Below, in pieces: positions 37,101-49,059 of a DNA stretch of 64,000 nucleotides. The stretch is taken from assembly GCA_051294375.1 (NCBI GenBank), contig JBJCIZ010000239.1:5467808-5531807 (forward strand), in the 5' to 3' direction. Position 1 is the first letter of the stretch; each line of letters opens with the position of its first letter. The translations under genes were made by a program, and so were the position numbers. Source of the stretch: Paraspadella gotoi (taxonomy: Eukaryota; Animalia; Chaetognatha). The notes beneath the pieces are model-generated. The model searched no databases and had not been told where the DNA came from. It was given only the letters and a program-made list of their open reading frames with translations.

Positions 37101-38640
37101 TAAAACAACAAAATATGGTCCGATTAAATAAATCCATCAAACGTTGTTCAAAGAAAATAAAATAAAAACTGTTCTACTTTTGTACACGAATTTCTTGCAA
37201 ATATTTTTTTTAAATTAAAATGACATATAAATTATATAAACGATCTAAAAGTTAACAATAAGACTATATGACATTAAATTAATTACAGCTTTACCGCACT
37301 CCGATCACAAAGGAAAAATAATCAAGCTTTAACATTTAAAAATTTTTTATGTCAATCAAACGTCAAACCAATAAAAAAAAAAAAAAAGAAAACGCAGACA
37401 AGATACAGAAAAGATTATCTAAAACTGTCTGCAATATTAATCAGATTAAAGAACTCCGCCTTACCAGCGCCCCGGTTCCCACCCACAGTTTCCCCACGCA
37501 CCTTATATTTTTCTTCGTGGTCGTGTCGAGCGTGGGTTGGGGCCCGGGTCGTCTGTACTTGGCCGTCCTCCGACGACTTTAAGCGTCCAGCACCACAGAG
37601 ATGTAACCGAGCTCTTTGCCCGATGGCAAGCGCCGTTTGGCCTTCGGATGATAGGATTTAGAGAGAGTAAATGAGTTAAAATAGGCCTAATTAACTGTAT
37701 ATATGACGGATCAAAAAAGTATCTTTCTTTATGTAATTAAATGAGCTCATATAACTGTTTGCTGTAATGTAATTAATTGGGGTAGCTGTTCCTTACCACA
37801 GACAACAATTAAGCTCTATGAACGGTTATTGCCGTTAATTAATATTTCTATAATGTAGGTGTTCCTTAACCGACAAAATGAGCTCATGGATGCTGTACTA
37901 TCTGGGATTTTAAATACAATTTTAATCAAAATTTGTAGGTTTAGTCTGAGATAACTTATCTTAAGCTAAATTTTCAAACAATACATTGATCCATCAATCT
38001 TTCCTTTGTTTGAGCCTTTTTGTGGCATAAGCTTTTATCAAATTTTTTTTTTCTCTAGTATTGATTACATGACAAACATGGTTATTTAAACGAACTGCTA
38101 TATCAATTAAACAGACCTCGAACTTACTTTCATTACAGCCTCCAACTCTTCTAACCCAACTAAGACCTTACCGCTTCTCCCACGCGCACATAATTTTCTC
38201 AGAAGTGGAACTCCACGTAGTCAGTCGGGTGGAGCGCGGTCGCTCGGGGCCGACGGCGCCGGGTTGGTTGCAATGCAAGGAAATCTATTACTTGAGGGTC
38301 AGACCTTCTGTAGTGGGTCCGCGCCTGGGGGAGCGCGTTGGTACCTCTCCTGTCCGGAGACCGAGGAGGCGGGAGGCACAGAGAGCAACCGAGAGACGAC
38401 ACGAGGATATGCGAGAGAAGAGAAAGAGAGGAGAGATGGGACAAAAATAAAAAAAAGACAAACGCGAAAAAGGAGACATTACTTAAAGCGCTAATTCAGT
38501 AGAGAGGAGAGGAGGAGAGGAGAGAGGAGAGGAGAGGCATGAGGATGAGGAGAGAGAAGCAGAAGAGAGAGAGAAGAAGAAGACGAACTTCGTAATGGAA
38601 TCAAAAAAATTGGAAGCATCGTATATTTGTATCTCTCTCT
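34200..38640. other. Noisy duplicate of about 38690-42400; probable assembly/gap-fill artefact
   Basis: Indel-ridden copies of exons at about 35330-35470, 36855-36916, 37502-37645 and 38215-38365; ends at an N gap. Confidence 0.8.
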
Positions 38641-38986
38641 GGGGGGGGGGNNNNNNNNNNNNNNNNNNNNNNNNNGAGAGAGAGAGAGAGATACTTCTAA
38701 ACTCTGGATGATAAGTCCATCTCCCCCCCGAGTTTTTGTTATGACAGTCACTGGCCTCTCGTAGTTGTAGTCAAATTACGTCATATAACAACATCATCGT
38801 TATCAATAAACAAATCAATCAATCAATCGATCAATAAATGAAACCATCAGTCGTTCAATCAATCAATTAATCATTCGATCAAACAAACAATCAACTAATA
38901 AAGCTATCCATCAATTTGATCCATAAATCAAATTAATCCAATCAAACCAATCAATCCAATCAATCATCACAGTATTTTCTTCTTAC

Positions 38987-39099
38987 CGGGATCTGCCCTG
39001 ACGGCTTCTCTAAAACAGGCAATGAATCGTCTGGTAAAATTCTCATGTCTTCTGATGTCAAATAAGGATAAGATGCGTCGCCCGCCATCGCGTCGCCGT
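38987..39099 (-). CDS. Ank2: Linker exon (DGDAMAGDASYPYLTSEDMRILPDDSLPVLEKPSGQIP)
   Basis: 113 nt, phase 1-0, YL..DM..L.DDSLP motif. Confidence 0.9.
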
Positions 39100-39102
39100 C
39101 TG

Positions 39103-40420
39103 AAAAAAAAAGGGAAAGAAAAGACAAAATTGTAGGAAAAAAAAGGGAAAGAAAAGAAAAAATGTAGAACAAAAACTGGACAAGAAAAAAAATGTAAGAA
39201 AAAAAGGGAAAGAAAAGGAAAAAGTAAGAAAAAAAAAGGAAAAAGAAAAGAAAAATTGTAGAAAAAAAGGAAAAGAAAAGAAAATGTAGAAAAAAAAAGA
39301 AGAAAAGAGAAATGTAAGAAAAAAAGGGAAAGAAAAAAAAAATGTAGAAAAAAAGGGAAAGAAAGAAAAATTTTAGAAAAAAAAGGAAAAGAACAAAGAA
39401 AAAATGGTAGGAAAAAGGGAAAGAAAAGAAAAATGTAGAAAAAAAAAAGGCAAAGTAAAAGAAAAAATGTAGAAAAAAAAGGGAAAAAGAAAAGAAAATG
39501 TAGAAAAAAAAAGGGCAAAGAAAGGAAAAATGTAGAAAAAAAAGGGAAGAAAAGAAAAAGATGTAGGAAAAAAAAGGGGGAGAAGAAAAGAAAAATGTAG
39601 AAAAAAAAAGCGGAAAGAAAAGAAAAATGTAGAAAAAAAGAGAAAAGAAAAATGTAGAAAAAAAAAGGGAAAGAAAAGAAAAATGCTAGAAAAAAAAGGG
39701 AAAGAAAAGAAAAATGTAGGAAAAAAAGGGAAAAGAAAGAAAAATGTAGAAAAAAAAGGAAGAAAAGAAAAATGTAGAAAAAAAAGGGAAAAGAAAAGAA
39801 AAATGTAGAAAAAAGGGAAAGAAAAGAAAAATTGTAGAGAAAAAAAGCGGAAAGAAAGAGAAAAATGATAGCAAAAAAAAGGGAAAGAAAGAAAAATGTT
39901 AACAAAAAAGGGAAAGAACAAGAAAAATGTAGAAAACAAGGTGAAAGAAAAGAAAATTGTTAGGAAAAAAAGGGTAATAAGAAGAAAATGTTAGAAAAAA
40001 AAGGGAAAGAACAAGAAAATTAGAAAAAAAAGAAGGGAAAAGAAAAGAAAAAATGTAGGAAAAAAAAAGGGAAAGAAAAGAAAAAATGTAGAAATAAAAA
40101 AAAGGAAATAAAAAGAAAAATGTAGAAAAAAAAAGGGAAGCAAAAAGAAAAATTAGCAGAAAAAAAGGAGAAAAAGAAGCAAAAAATTTAGAAAAAAAAG
40201 GGAAGAACAATAAAAATGTAGGAAAAAAAGGGAAATAAAAGTAAAAATGTAGGAAAAAAAAGGAAGAGAAAAGGAGAAAGAAAGAAGAAAATGCTAGAAA
40301 AAAAAAAGGGAAAGAAAAGAAAAATGTAGAAAAAAAAGGGAAGAAAGAAAAATGTAGAAAAAAAAGGGGAAAAAATGTAGAAAAAAAAGGGAAGAAAAAA
40401 AATTTTAAAAAAAGGGTAGA
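39103..40420 (-). repeat. About 30-nt pyrimidine-tract satellite (TTTTTCTTTTCTTTCCCTTTTTTTTCTACA)n
   Basis: tgtagaaaaaaaagggaaagaaaagaaaaa repeated on +; noisy second copy at about 35900-36730. Confidence 0.9.
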
Positions 40421-40578
40421 AACAAAGTTTTTTCTCTCAGTAAAATGATACAAAAAGCTTTAAAAAAAGAGAATCAAAATTATTTAATTGTAAGATACAA
40501 TGACTCCATCGCGTTGCGATAGAGTGCTTAAAAAAAAAAAAAAAATTACGTTCAATTAACCGATTTTAAACCTCTCAC

Positions 40579-40636
40579 CTCCTTCGTCCTCGGAGTCGGT
40601 CATAAAACTCTCTTGCATGGTTTCCGGTGCCACAAC
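40579..40636 (-). CDS. Ank2: Linker exon (VVAPETMQESFMTDSEDEG)
   Basis: 58 nt, phase 0-1, conserved PETM..SD/E.EG ankyrin linker motif. Confidence 0.92.
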
Positions 40637-41351
40637 CTGGAAATTGGGAAAATACGATCCTTCAATTCTAGTTTTTGTTATGGTTTTTTGAATTTATTGT
40701 AGGTTGTTTGTTTTATTGTTTTATTTATTGTTTTATTGTTTTTAAAATTAGTGTACGAAGTCGAAGAGTTTTTATTTTTTTTTTGAACAAACGTTTGATT
40801 TATTTAATCGGAAAAATGCGCCGATGAAGGTTTGTAATAAAACAACCAAAATATGTCCGATTAAATAAATCCATCAAACGTTGTTCAAAGAAAATAAAAA
40901 CTGTTCTACTTTGTACACGAATTTCTTGCAATATTTTTTTTAAAGGTAAAATGACATAAATGATATAAACGATCTAAAAAGTTAACAAGTAAGACTATGA
41001 CATAAATTACAAATTTTTTTAAAGTTTATTTGCAAGCTTTAACGTCACTCCGATCACAAAAAGAAAAATTAACTCAAGCTTTACTATTTAAAATTTTTTN
41101 NNNNNNNNNACTATGACATAAATTAATTACAAGCTTTACCGGCACTCCGATCACAAAAGGAAAAATAAATTCAAGCTTAACAATTTAAATTTTTTTAAGT
41201 CAAATCAAACGTCAAACAATCAAAAAAAAGAAAAAGAAACAAATACGAGAAAGAAACGAGAAATTATCTAAAACTGCTGCAATATGTAAATGAGATTAAA
41301 GAACTCGCCTTACCACGCCCCGGTCTCCCACCCACAGTTTCCCCACGCTAC

Positions 41352-41477
41352 CTTATATTTTTCTTCTGTGGTCGTGAGCGTGGTCGTCTGTACTGTGGTC
41401 TCCGTGACGACTTTAAGCGTCTCAACCACAGAGATGTAACCGAGTCTTTGCGCGATGGCAAGCGCCGTTTGGCCGTT
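41352..41477 (-). CDS. Ank2: Exon, ANK24 and start of linker
   Basis: 126 nt, [42 protein letters not shown]. Confidence 0.93.
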
Positions 41478-42053
41478 CTGGGATGATAGGATTTTAAGAG
41501 GAGTTAAATGAGTTAAAATAGGCCTAATTAACTGTATGATATGACGGTAGTTCAAAAGGGTATCTTTTCTTTATGTAATTAAATGAGCTCAATGAACTGT
41601 TTGCTGTAAATGTAATTAATTGGGGTAGCTGTTCGTTACACGACAAAATAAGCTCTATGAACGGTATGCCGTAATTAATATTTTATAAGGTAGGTGTTCC
41701 TTAACCGACAAAATGAGCTCATGTATGCTGTACTATCCGTGATTAAAATACTATTTTAATCAAAATTTGTGAAGGTTTAGTCTGAGATAACTTATCTTAA
41801 GCTAAATTTTCAAACAATACATTGATCATCAATCTTTCCTTTGTTTGGAGCTTTTTGTGGCATAGCTTTTATCAAATACTTTTTTTTCTCTAGTATTGAT
41901 ACATTGACAAACATGTTATGTTTTAAACGAACTGCTATATCAATTAAACAGACCTCAACTTACTTTTCATTACAGCCTCCAACTCGTTCTAACCCAACTA
42001 AGACCTTACCTTTTCTCCCACGCGCACATAATTTCTCAGAAGTGAGAACTCAC

Positions 42054-42152
42054 GTGATCCGTCGCGTCGGGCGACGCCCGGTTTTTCAACAAAAGATCTA
42101 TAACTTGAGTGTGACCCTGTTGGGCCGCCTGGTGGAGCGGCGTGTAGCCTCT
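42054..42152 (-). CDS. Ank2: Exon, ANK23 variant b ([33 protein letters not shown])
   Basis: 99 nt, cag| ... |GTGAGT, phase 0-0. Confidence 0.9.
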
Positions 42153-42176
42153 CTGTCTCGGAGAGAGAGCGAGAGC

Positions 42177-42207
<31 letters not shown>

Positions 42208-42289
42208 CGAGAAAGTTGGGGACAAAACATAAAAAAAAAACACAAATCGCGAAAAAAACATAACTTGTTAAATCCGTAATTTCTAGAGA

Positions 42290-44095
42290 GAGAGAGATGA
42301 GAGAGAGAACGAGAGACAGAGAGAGAGAGAGAGAGACGAGAGAGGAGAGGAGAGAGAAGACTTCGTAATTGGAATCAAAATAATTTTGAGCATCGATGAT
42401 TTTTACAAATATCAATTTAACTAAAAAAAAACCAAAAGAAAATAATTTTAAATAACATAAAAACTTTATCGTAAAAACCCGACTGAAAAAATCCCTTCTG
42501 GCCACCAGAGGCAAACGACGGAGGAAGCATCAAACACTACAACTAGAAGCAAAGATGGAAAAGAAAATGGCGTCACCACCAAGGAAGATTTAAAAACTAA
42601 ACAAAAGTTCTAAAAATAGAAATTAAATTATTAAGTAAATATTTTTTTTTTAATTTTGTCCGTTTTCTTTTACAATATCAAATAACCAAAAATGGGCCTT
42701 CTTTTTTCCTAACAGCCGCTCCATTTCTGTTTCTTCTTTTTTCTTTTGAATTGTGTAATCATAATATTTATCCTTATCAAAAACCCTAAACCTATAATTG
42801 CTAACGCCTAAATTTTATAACCCTAGCCTTAACTCTTAACCCTTAAAAACCAAAAGCCTAATCCCTCAACTCTTTACACCGATCCCCTAATCCTAAACCT
42901 AAAGTTCTTAAAATCCTTAACCAAATTCTTTATCGCAAACATTAAAACTAACAAAAGAATTCACTTAATCATAAATTATTAAACAAAAAAGTATTATTAC
43001 AATTATAACGTAAAGAGGCCACCAGCAGGTAACAAGAAAGCTCAATGATATCAATGAATGAGAGAGAGAGAGAGAAGAGCACGAGAGACGAGAGAGACCG
43101 AGGAGAGAGAGAGAGAGAGGAGAGAGATGAGAGCAGACGAGAGAGAGAGAGAACTTAGACCTGAAGTTCAAAAACCATGCGAGGGAATTGCCACGAGTCG
43201 CCCCGTTCGTTTTTCCGGTGAATAACACATAGATTATAACTTTTATTTTACAATCATTCTACTCACTTTTACTCATAACTCACTGTTGCGTGACGGCGTT
43301 GGGCGAGGCGTTCGCTCCCTGCCAGCAGCCAAGTCAATGATGTTCACGTGACCCTGCTGCGCCGCCTGCTGCCAAACGCGGTGTAAGCCCGTGCTGCGGT
43401 GTCGACGAAATGCGAGCAGAGACGAACCAAGCGCGGTGGAAAGGTTTTTTAGCGTCGATAGATACGAAACAATGATTTAGCCCGAGCCGTAATTACGGCT
43501 TAATTGTCTAGTTTTCTTTTGTTTTGTTTTTTTTTAAGATTAAAAATAACGATTTTTTGATTATTTTGTTTACGTTGGCCATTTTTTTTAAAGCGCGCCG
43601 AAAAAATGAAAAAAGCCGAAAGAGCGAAAAAAAGAAAGAGAGAGAAAAGAAAACATTCAATTCTGGTTAATTCCACATGAATCGTGATTATGAGCCAATT
43701 TGAACATCAAACTCATGAACAATCTAATGCTGAAGCGCACCGCTAGATATATGTAAAGACAGTAACGGAAGGCAATTCAAAACATTTCTAAAATCCTAAA
43801 GTTAATATCGAATTTATTTCTATTCATTAACTTTACAAAGGACGGCAGCGCACAGGATCAAAAATGCCAATCGACTGCGTCAATTCTAATCTTACGCAAA
43901 TGTTTTAAAACAAAAGGCGAAAGGATCTTTCAGAAAATTAAATGAACTCACGGCTTTTTTTCATTAAATAATAGCTTTTGCTCGAGAACAAAATTACATA
44001 TTCGACCTAATTAATTATTTAATTCCATTTTATAGCATAACGGAGAGAGAGAGCAGAGAGAGAGAGAGAGAGAGACGAGAGAATATCTCTCTCTT
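42290..44095. other. Noisy duplicate of about 44120-45720; probable assembly artefact
   Basis: Insertion-biased copy including ANK23a at about 43284-43393; ends at an N gap. Confidence 0.82.
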
Positions 44096-44795
44096 TNNNN
44101 NNNNNNNNNNNNNNNNNNNNNGAGAGAGAGAGAGAGAGAGACTTCGTAATTGGAATCAAAATAAATTTGAGCATCGATGATTTTTACAAATATCAATTTA
44201 ACTAAAAAAAAAAACCAAAAGAAAATAATTTTAAAATAAACATAAAACTTTATGTAAAACCGACTGAAAAATCCTTTGGCCACCAGAGGGAAAGACGGAG
44301 GAAGCATCAAACTACAAACTAGAAGCAAAGATCGAAAAGAAAATGGCGTCACCACCAAGGAAAAGATTTAAAAACTACAAAGTTCTAAAAATTAGAATTA
44401 AATTATTAGTAAATATTTTTTTTTTTAATTTTGTCGTTTTCTTTTACAATATAAATAAAAAATGGGCTCTTTTTTCCTAAAGCGCTCCATTTCTGTTTCT
44501 TCTTTTTCTTCGTGAATGTTTAATCTTAATATTTAATCCTTATCAAAACCTAACCATAATTGCTAACCCTAATTTATAACCCTAGCCTAATCCTTAACCC
44601 TAAAACCAAAGCCTAATCCTCAATCTTTAACCCGAATCCCCTAATCCTAAACCTAAGTTCTTAATCCTTAACCAATTCTTTATCCAAACCATAAAACTAA
44701 CAAAAGAATTCACTTAATCCATAATTTAAACAAAAAAGGATTATTAATTAACGTAAGAGGCCACCAGAGGTACAAGAAAAGCTCAATGATATATG

Positions 44796-44871
<76 letters not shown>

Positions 44872-44984
44872 CTGAAGTTCAAAAACCAGCGAGGGAATTC
44901 CACGAGTCGCCCGTTCGTTTTCCGGTGAATAACACATAGATATAACTTTTTTTTAAATCATTCTATCACTTTATCATAACTCAC

Positions 44985-45083
44985 GTTGGTGACGGCGTTG
45001 GGCGAGGCGTTGCTCTGCAGCAGCAAGTCAATGATGTTCACGTGACCCTGCTGCGCCGCCTGATGCAACGCGGTGTAGCCGTG
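44985..45083 (-). CDS. Ank2: Exon, ANK23 variant a ([33 protein letters not shown])
   Basis: 99 nt, cag| ... |GTGAGT, phase 0-0. Confidence 0.92.
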
Positions 45084-45671
45084 CTGCGGGTCGACGAAAG
45101 CGAGCAGAGACGAACCAAGCGGTGGAAAGGTTTTTAGCGTCCGATAGATACGAACGAATGATTTAGCCGAGCGTAATTAGGTTAATTGTTAGTTTTTTTG
45201 TTTGTTTTTTTTTAAGATAAAAATAACGATTTTTGATTATTTGTTTACGTTTGGCCATTTTTTTTTAAAGCGCGCGAAAAATGAAAAAAGCGAAAGAGGA
45301 AAAAAAGAAAGAGAGAGAAAAGAAAACATTCAATCTGGTTAATTATGAATGTGAATGAGCAATTGAACATCAAACTATGAACAATTAATGCTGAAGGCGC
45401 GATATATGTAAAGTAACGGAAGGAATTAAAACATTCTAAAATCCTAAAGTTAATATGAATTTATTTCTATTCATTACTTTACAAAGGGACGAGCGCACAG
45501 GATCAAAAATGCCAATCGACTGGTCAATTCTAATCTACGCAAATGTTTAAAACAAAAGGCGAAAGGATTTTCAGAAAATAAATGAACTACGGCTTTTTTT
45601 ATTAATAATAGTTTTGCTGAGAACAAAATAATATTCGACCTAATTCTTATTTTTATAGCAAACGGAGAGAC

Positions 45672-45739
<68 letters not shown>

Positions 45740-45747
45740 GATCTTAC

Positions 45748-45847
45748 CTTGGTCGTGGAATTAACCGAGGCGCCATGTTGTAGCAAGAAACGAACCATGT
45801 TCATTTGAACAAAGTGACAGGCCGTGTGGAGTGGGGTGTAGGCCCGC
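45748..45847 (-). CDS. Ank2: Exon, ANK22 (one extra base, probable sequencing error)
   Basis: AG/YTPLHTACHFVQMNMVRFLLQHGASVNSTTK, 100 nt instead of 99; cag| ... AAG|GTAAGA. Confidence 0.9.
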
Positions 45848-46164
45848 CTGAGGAATCAATCAATTTATCAATCAATAAATCAATCAATCAACTAATTAAC
45901 GCTGGAATCAATAGAATTGNNNNNNNNNNACTAGTTAACGCTGAAATCAATAGAATTGAAATATATCAGTTAATAGTTTAATCATCAAACGGATGAAAAA
46001 CCTAATTTTGATTCCTTAGATAATCAATCGCCCAATCCGCTAGTCAGTCAATCAATTGCTTATTCAGTCAATCGATCAATCGCCCATTCAGTCAGTCAGT
46101 CAGTCAATCAATCAATCAATCAATCGCGCTTCCCATCGACAAATCAGAATCGACAATCATCCCG

Positions 46165-46553
46165 TCCTCACTTTGGTCTGCGGATCGATGTCAGCCTTAT
46201 TCTTACTTATTCTTATCCTCACACTAGTATGCAGATCGATGTCAGCCTTATTATTACTTATTCTGATCCTTACTTTGGTCTGCAGATCTATGTCAGCCAT
46301 ATTCTTACTTATCCTCACTTTAGTATGCGGCTCGATGTCAGCCTTATTCTTACTTATTCTTATCCTCACTTTAGTATACGGCTCGATGTCAGCCTTATTC
46401 TTGCTTATTCTTATCCTTACTTTAGTATGCGGATCTATGTCAGCCTTATTCTTACTCATTCCTATCCTTACTTTGGTCTGCGGATCGATGTCAGCCTTAT
46501 TCCTACTTATTCTTATCCTTACTTTGGTCTGCGGATCGATGTCAGCCTTATTC
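46165..46553 (-). repeat. 51-nt minisatellite spanning exon end and donor, 8 copies
   Basis: Translates as NKADIDPQTK-VRIRISK repeats in ORF 46157-46690. Confidence 0.92.
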
Positions 46554-46683
46554 TTGGCCAAGATGGCGGCCACGTTGACTCGATCCTCTTGAGCGCAGAG
46601 ATGCAAAGGAGTCAATCCGTTCTTGGCTTTGGCGTTGACGTTGGCCCCGTGGTCGATCAGCAACGACACCATGTCCACGTGAC
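46523..46683 (-). CDS. Ank2: Exon, ANK20/21
   Basis: 161 nt, phase 1-0, [53 protein letters not shown]; AAA|GTAAGG. Confidence 0.92.
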
Positions 46684-46767
46684 CTTTCATTTTTTCAAGG
46701 GGGAGGAGTGAGAAAGTGAGAAAGTGAGAAAGTGAGAAAGTGAGAAAGTGAGATGAGAAGGTCGTCG

Positions 46768-47402
46768 TCGGGCAATGTGGTCATCCCGAAGCGTCACACC
46801 TTCAGTCGGGACCCGATGAATCATTGAATAATACCAGGAGCTCACGACCATTAGATACCGGGGATCGATCCCCTGAGGGAAGCGTTAGAATCGCGGTAAT
46901 CCGCCTTGGGGGCGTGGATAAACCTCAAGCCTGGTTCCGAGTCACGGACCCGTCACATGGCTGTTAAAGGGGGTTTAAGAAGTTGCGGATAGCGGTCTTC
47001 AGCCCACTTTGTGCCATATCCACAGGGTTTCGTAAAACCTTGAACCTCATTTTAAATTCTTTTTGTAGGTAATTTGTACAACCTATATGAAAATTATCCG
47101 TTCGTTCGATAAATAATTTGGTAGTCGGGCATTGCCTAAGTTCACCCCGCCTATAAGCACGACACCTTCAGTCGAGACCCGGCGGCTCATTGAGTAAAGC
47201 CATCAGCTCATGACCACCAGGTACCGGGTTTAATCCCAACCCGGAACCTACCTTGCGGGAAGCGTGAGGACGGCCGTAAGCCTCCTTGGGGGCGGGGAAA
47301 ACCCTCAAGCCTGGTTCCAAGCCCAGGACCCGTTCCACTGCTGCTGAGGGGGCACAGAAGTTACGGATAGTAGTCTTCAGCCCACTAAGCGCCTTATCCA
47401 CA
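46768..47402. mobile_element. Two copies (about 46768-47024 and 47124-47402) of an approximately 270-bp GC-rich interspersed repeat, SINE/MITE-like
   Basis: Shared blocks gtcgggcattgcctaagttcaccccgcctataagc, aaccctcaagcctggttcc, tcttcagcccact; also at 56647-57070 and 32528-32578. Confidence 0.75.
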
Positions 47403-47556
47403 AATCTACTTTTCTCATCGTCTCTCTCCCTCTTAAAAGATAACAACATAGCAGAATCACGGTAACTTTTAATCAAGAATCTCTCACGGTCCAGTTTATT
47501 CACTCCCAGATTTTCTGGGTTTCCCTCTCCCCTCTTTTCCCCTCTTCTCCCCTCAC

Positions 47557-47692
47557 CCTCCTGCGAGGCGAGGTGCAGAGGGCTGATCCCCGTCTTAGAC
47601 TCGGCGTTGGGTTTCGCGCCGTATTCTAAGAGAGTCGTCGCAATTTCCATTTGGTTCTTCTTCGACGCGATGTGCAGCGGGGTGTAGCCGTT
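47557..47692 (-). CDS. Ank2: Exon, ANK19 and start of ANK20
   Basis: 136 nt, [45 protein letters not shown]; G|GTGAGG. Confidence 0.94.
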
Positions 47693-48356
47693 CTGGAGGA
47701 TGTGGGGCGCGTCGTTAGGGTGGAATTCGTGGTGTGAATGGGAGGGAGTGGCGGGAGTTTTGAGGGAGAATTTATTAAGTTCATTAAACGATAAAAAGAG
47801 TCGTTTTCTATGCTAAAAATCTTAATCTTTGATCAGGCGATATTCAACACTAATTATAAATTAGGTTTTAGATGTACTACCCCAGTGGAGAGAAAACATA
47901 GATTTTAGGGAATGAGGCGATTTTATTTATCGAACCAATAATGTGGTCAGTCCTTCTACAGATAACGCCTTTATGTACCACGCGAATTATTTTTACAAAG
48001 ACGACTTTCCTCTGCCCAAACTCGAGATTATTCATTGCTACATCCCGATTTTTACCATTTTTTTCTCCTTAAGACAACAGAGCTCCGAAACAGTTTTTTC
48101 CCCCCCCATCTCCAGATTCTAAAACAATGAATTTGATACAACTAATAAATATTTTTCATTCATTGGGAAAACTTTAAACTAGCCATAACGGGTTTTACGG
48201 CCTCAATCCTTTTTGTAAGCTTCAAAACACAATCCAGAGTAACTAGGCTTTTCTTATCAACGTAGCGGTATAGACGGTTTACTTTAGCCTTTCGAATTTT
48301 CTTTTCGCTCAAGCTTTTTTTTTCCTCTTCCTCTTCCTCTTCCCATCCTCCACAAC

Positions 48357-48455
48357 CTTTGCAGCGGCGTGCGGCGACGCTCCGTGATCCAGCAGCAGCA
48401 GAGCGACGCTGACGTGATTGTAATGAGCCGCCACGTGGAGTGGAGTCAAACCGTT
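48357..48455 (-). CDS. Ank2: Exon, ANK18
   Basis: 99 nt, [33 protein letters not shown]. Confidence 0.94.
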
Positions 48456-48908
48456 CTGCGTGGTGGGCGTGGCCACGGCGAGGATAACCACCACCGTGAA
48501 GGGATGGGGGTTTTGATTCCAGGTGGGGAAGTGAAGGGAGAAGAATCGATTCGTGGTCGTTCCCAGAATTTTTGTGTGCGTGCGATTGATTTTGAAAGAG
48601 AGAAAAAAAAAAGAGTGAGATAGAGACAGAGAGGAAATTTGGGAGATAGAGAGGGATATATAGGTTTATTCCGGGATTGGGAGAGAGAGAGAAAGAGAAA
48701 GAGAGAGAGAGAGAGAGAGAGTCACAGAGAGAAAGAGAAAACATTAAATCATTCACCAGAAAAGCAAAAAGGAATTTAAAAGCTTTTTTTTTTATTTTCC
48801 CAATTTTGGCTAATAAACATATTTCTTTAATAATTAATCGTATCTACGGAGTACTTAAAAATTTCTAAATTACCAATTAAAAAATAAATATGTCCAAGTG
48901 GACCTTAC

Positions 48909-49021
48909 CTTGCCCTGAGCGTCGGGCGAGGCTTCCCTCTGGAGCAAAAGTGAGGCAACTTTGATGTTCCCGTATTTTGAAGCGACATGAAGCGGAGTGA
49001 ATCCCTTTTTGGTCGTCGTTG
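48909..49021 (-). CDS. Ank2: Exon, ANK16/17 ([37 protein letters not shown])
   Basis: 113 nt, phase 1-0, AAG|GTAAGG. Confidence 0.94.
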
Positions 49022-49059
49022 CTGGAAATAGAGAGAAGTTAAGGAAATGAGTTACGTCT

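Noticed and set aside
34200-38640. Apparent second set of ANK23b, ANK24 and linker exons (tandem duplication or pseudo-exons)
   Set aside because: Differences are random indels affecting exons and introns alike, quality worsens towards one end, and the block stops at an N gap: typical of raw long-read gap filling.
38695-38757. Possible 63-nt linker exon RPVTVITKTRGGDGLIIQSLE
   Set aside because: Phase fits (0-0) but the acceptor (gag) and donor (GTATCT) are weak and it abuts an N gap; unsupported, not excluded.
35895-40453. Phe-rich or Lys-rich ORFs here and at 21.6-23 kb, 52 kb, 55.3-56.2 kb and 60.3-60.8 kb
   Set aside because: Low-complexity purine/pyrimidine tracts lack stop codons by composition.
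43284-43393. A third ANK23-like exon
   Set aside because: Insertion-riddled copy of 23a within the 42290-44095 duplicate next to an N gap.
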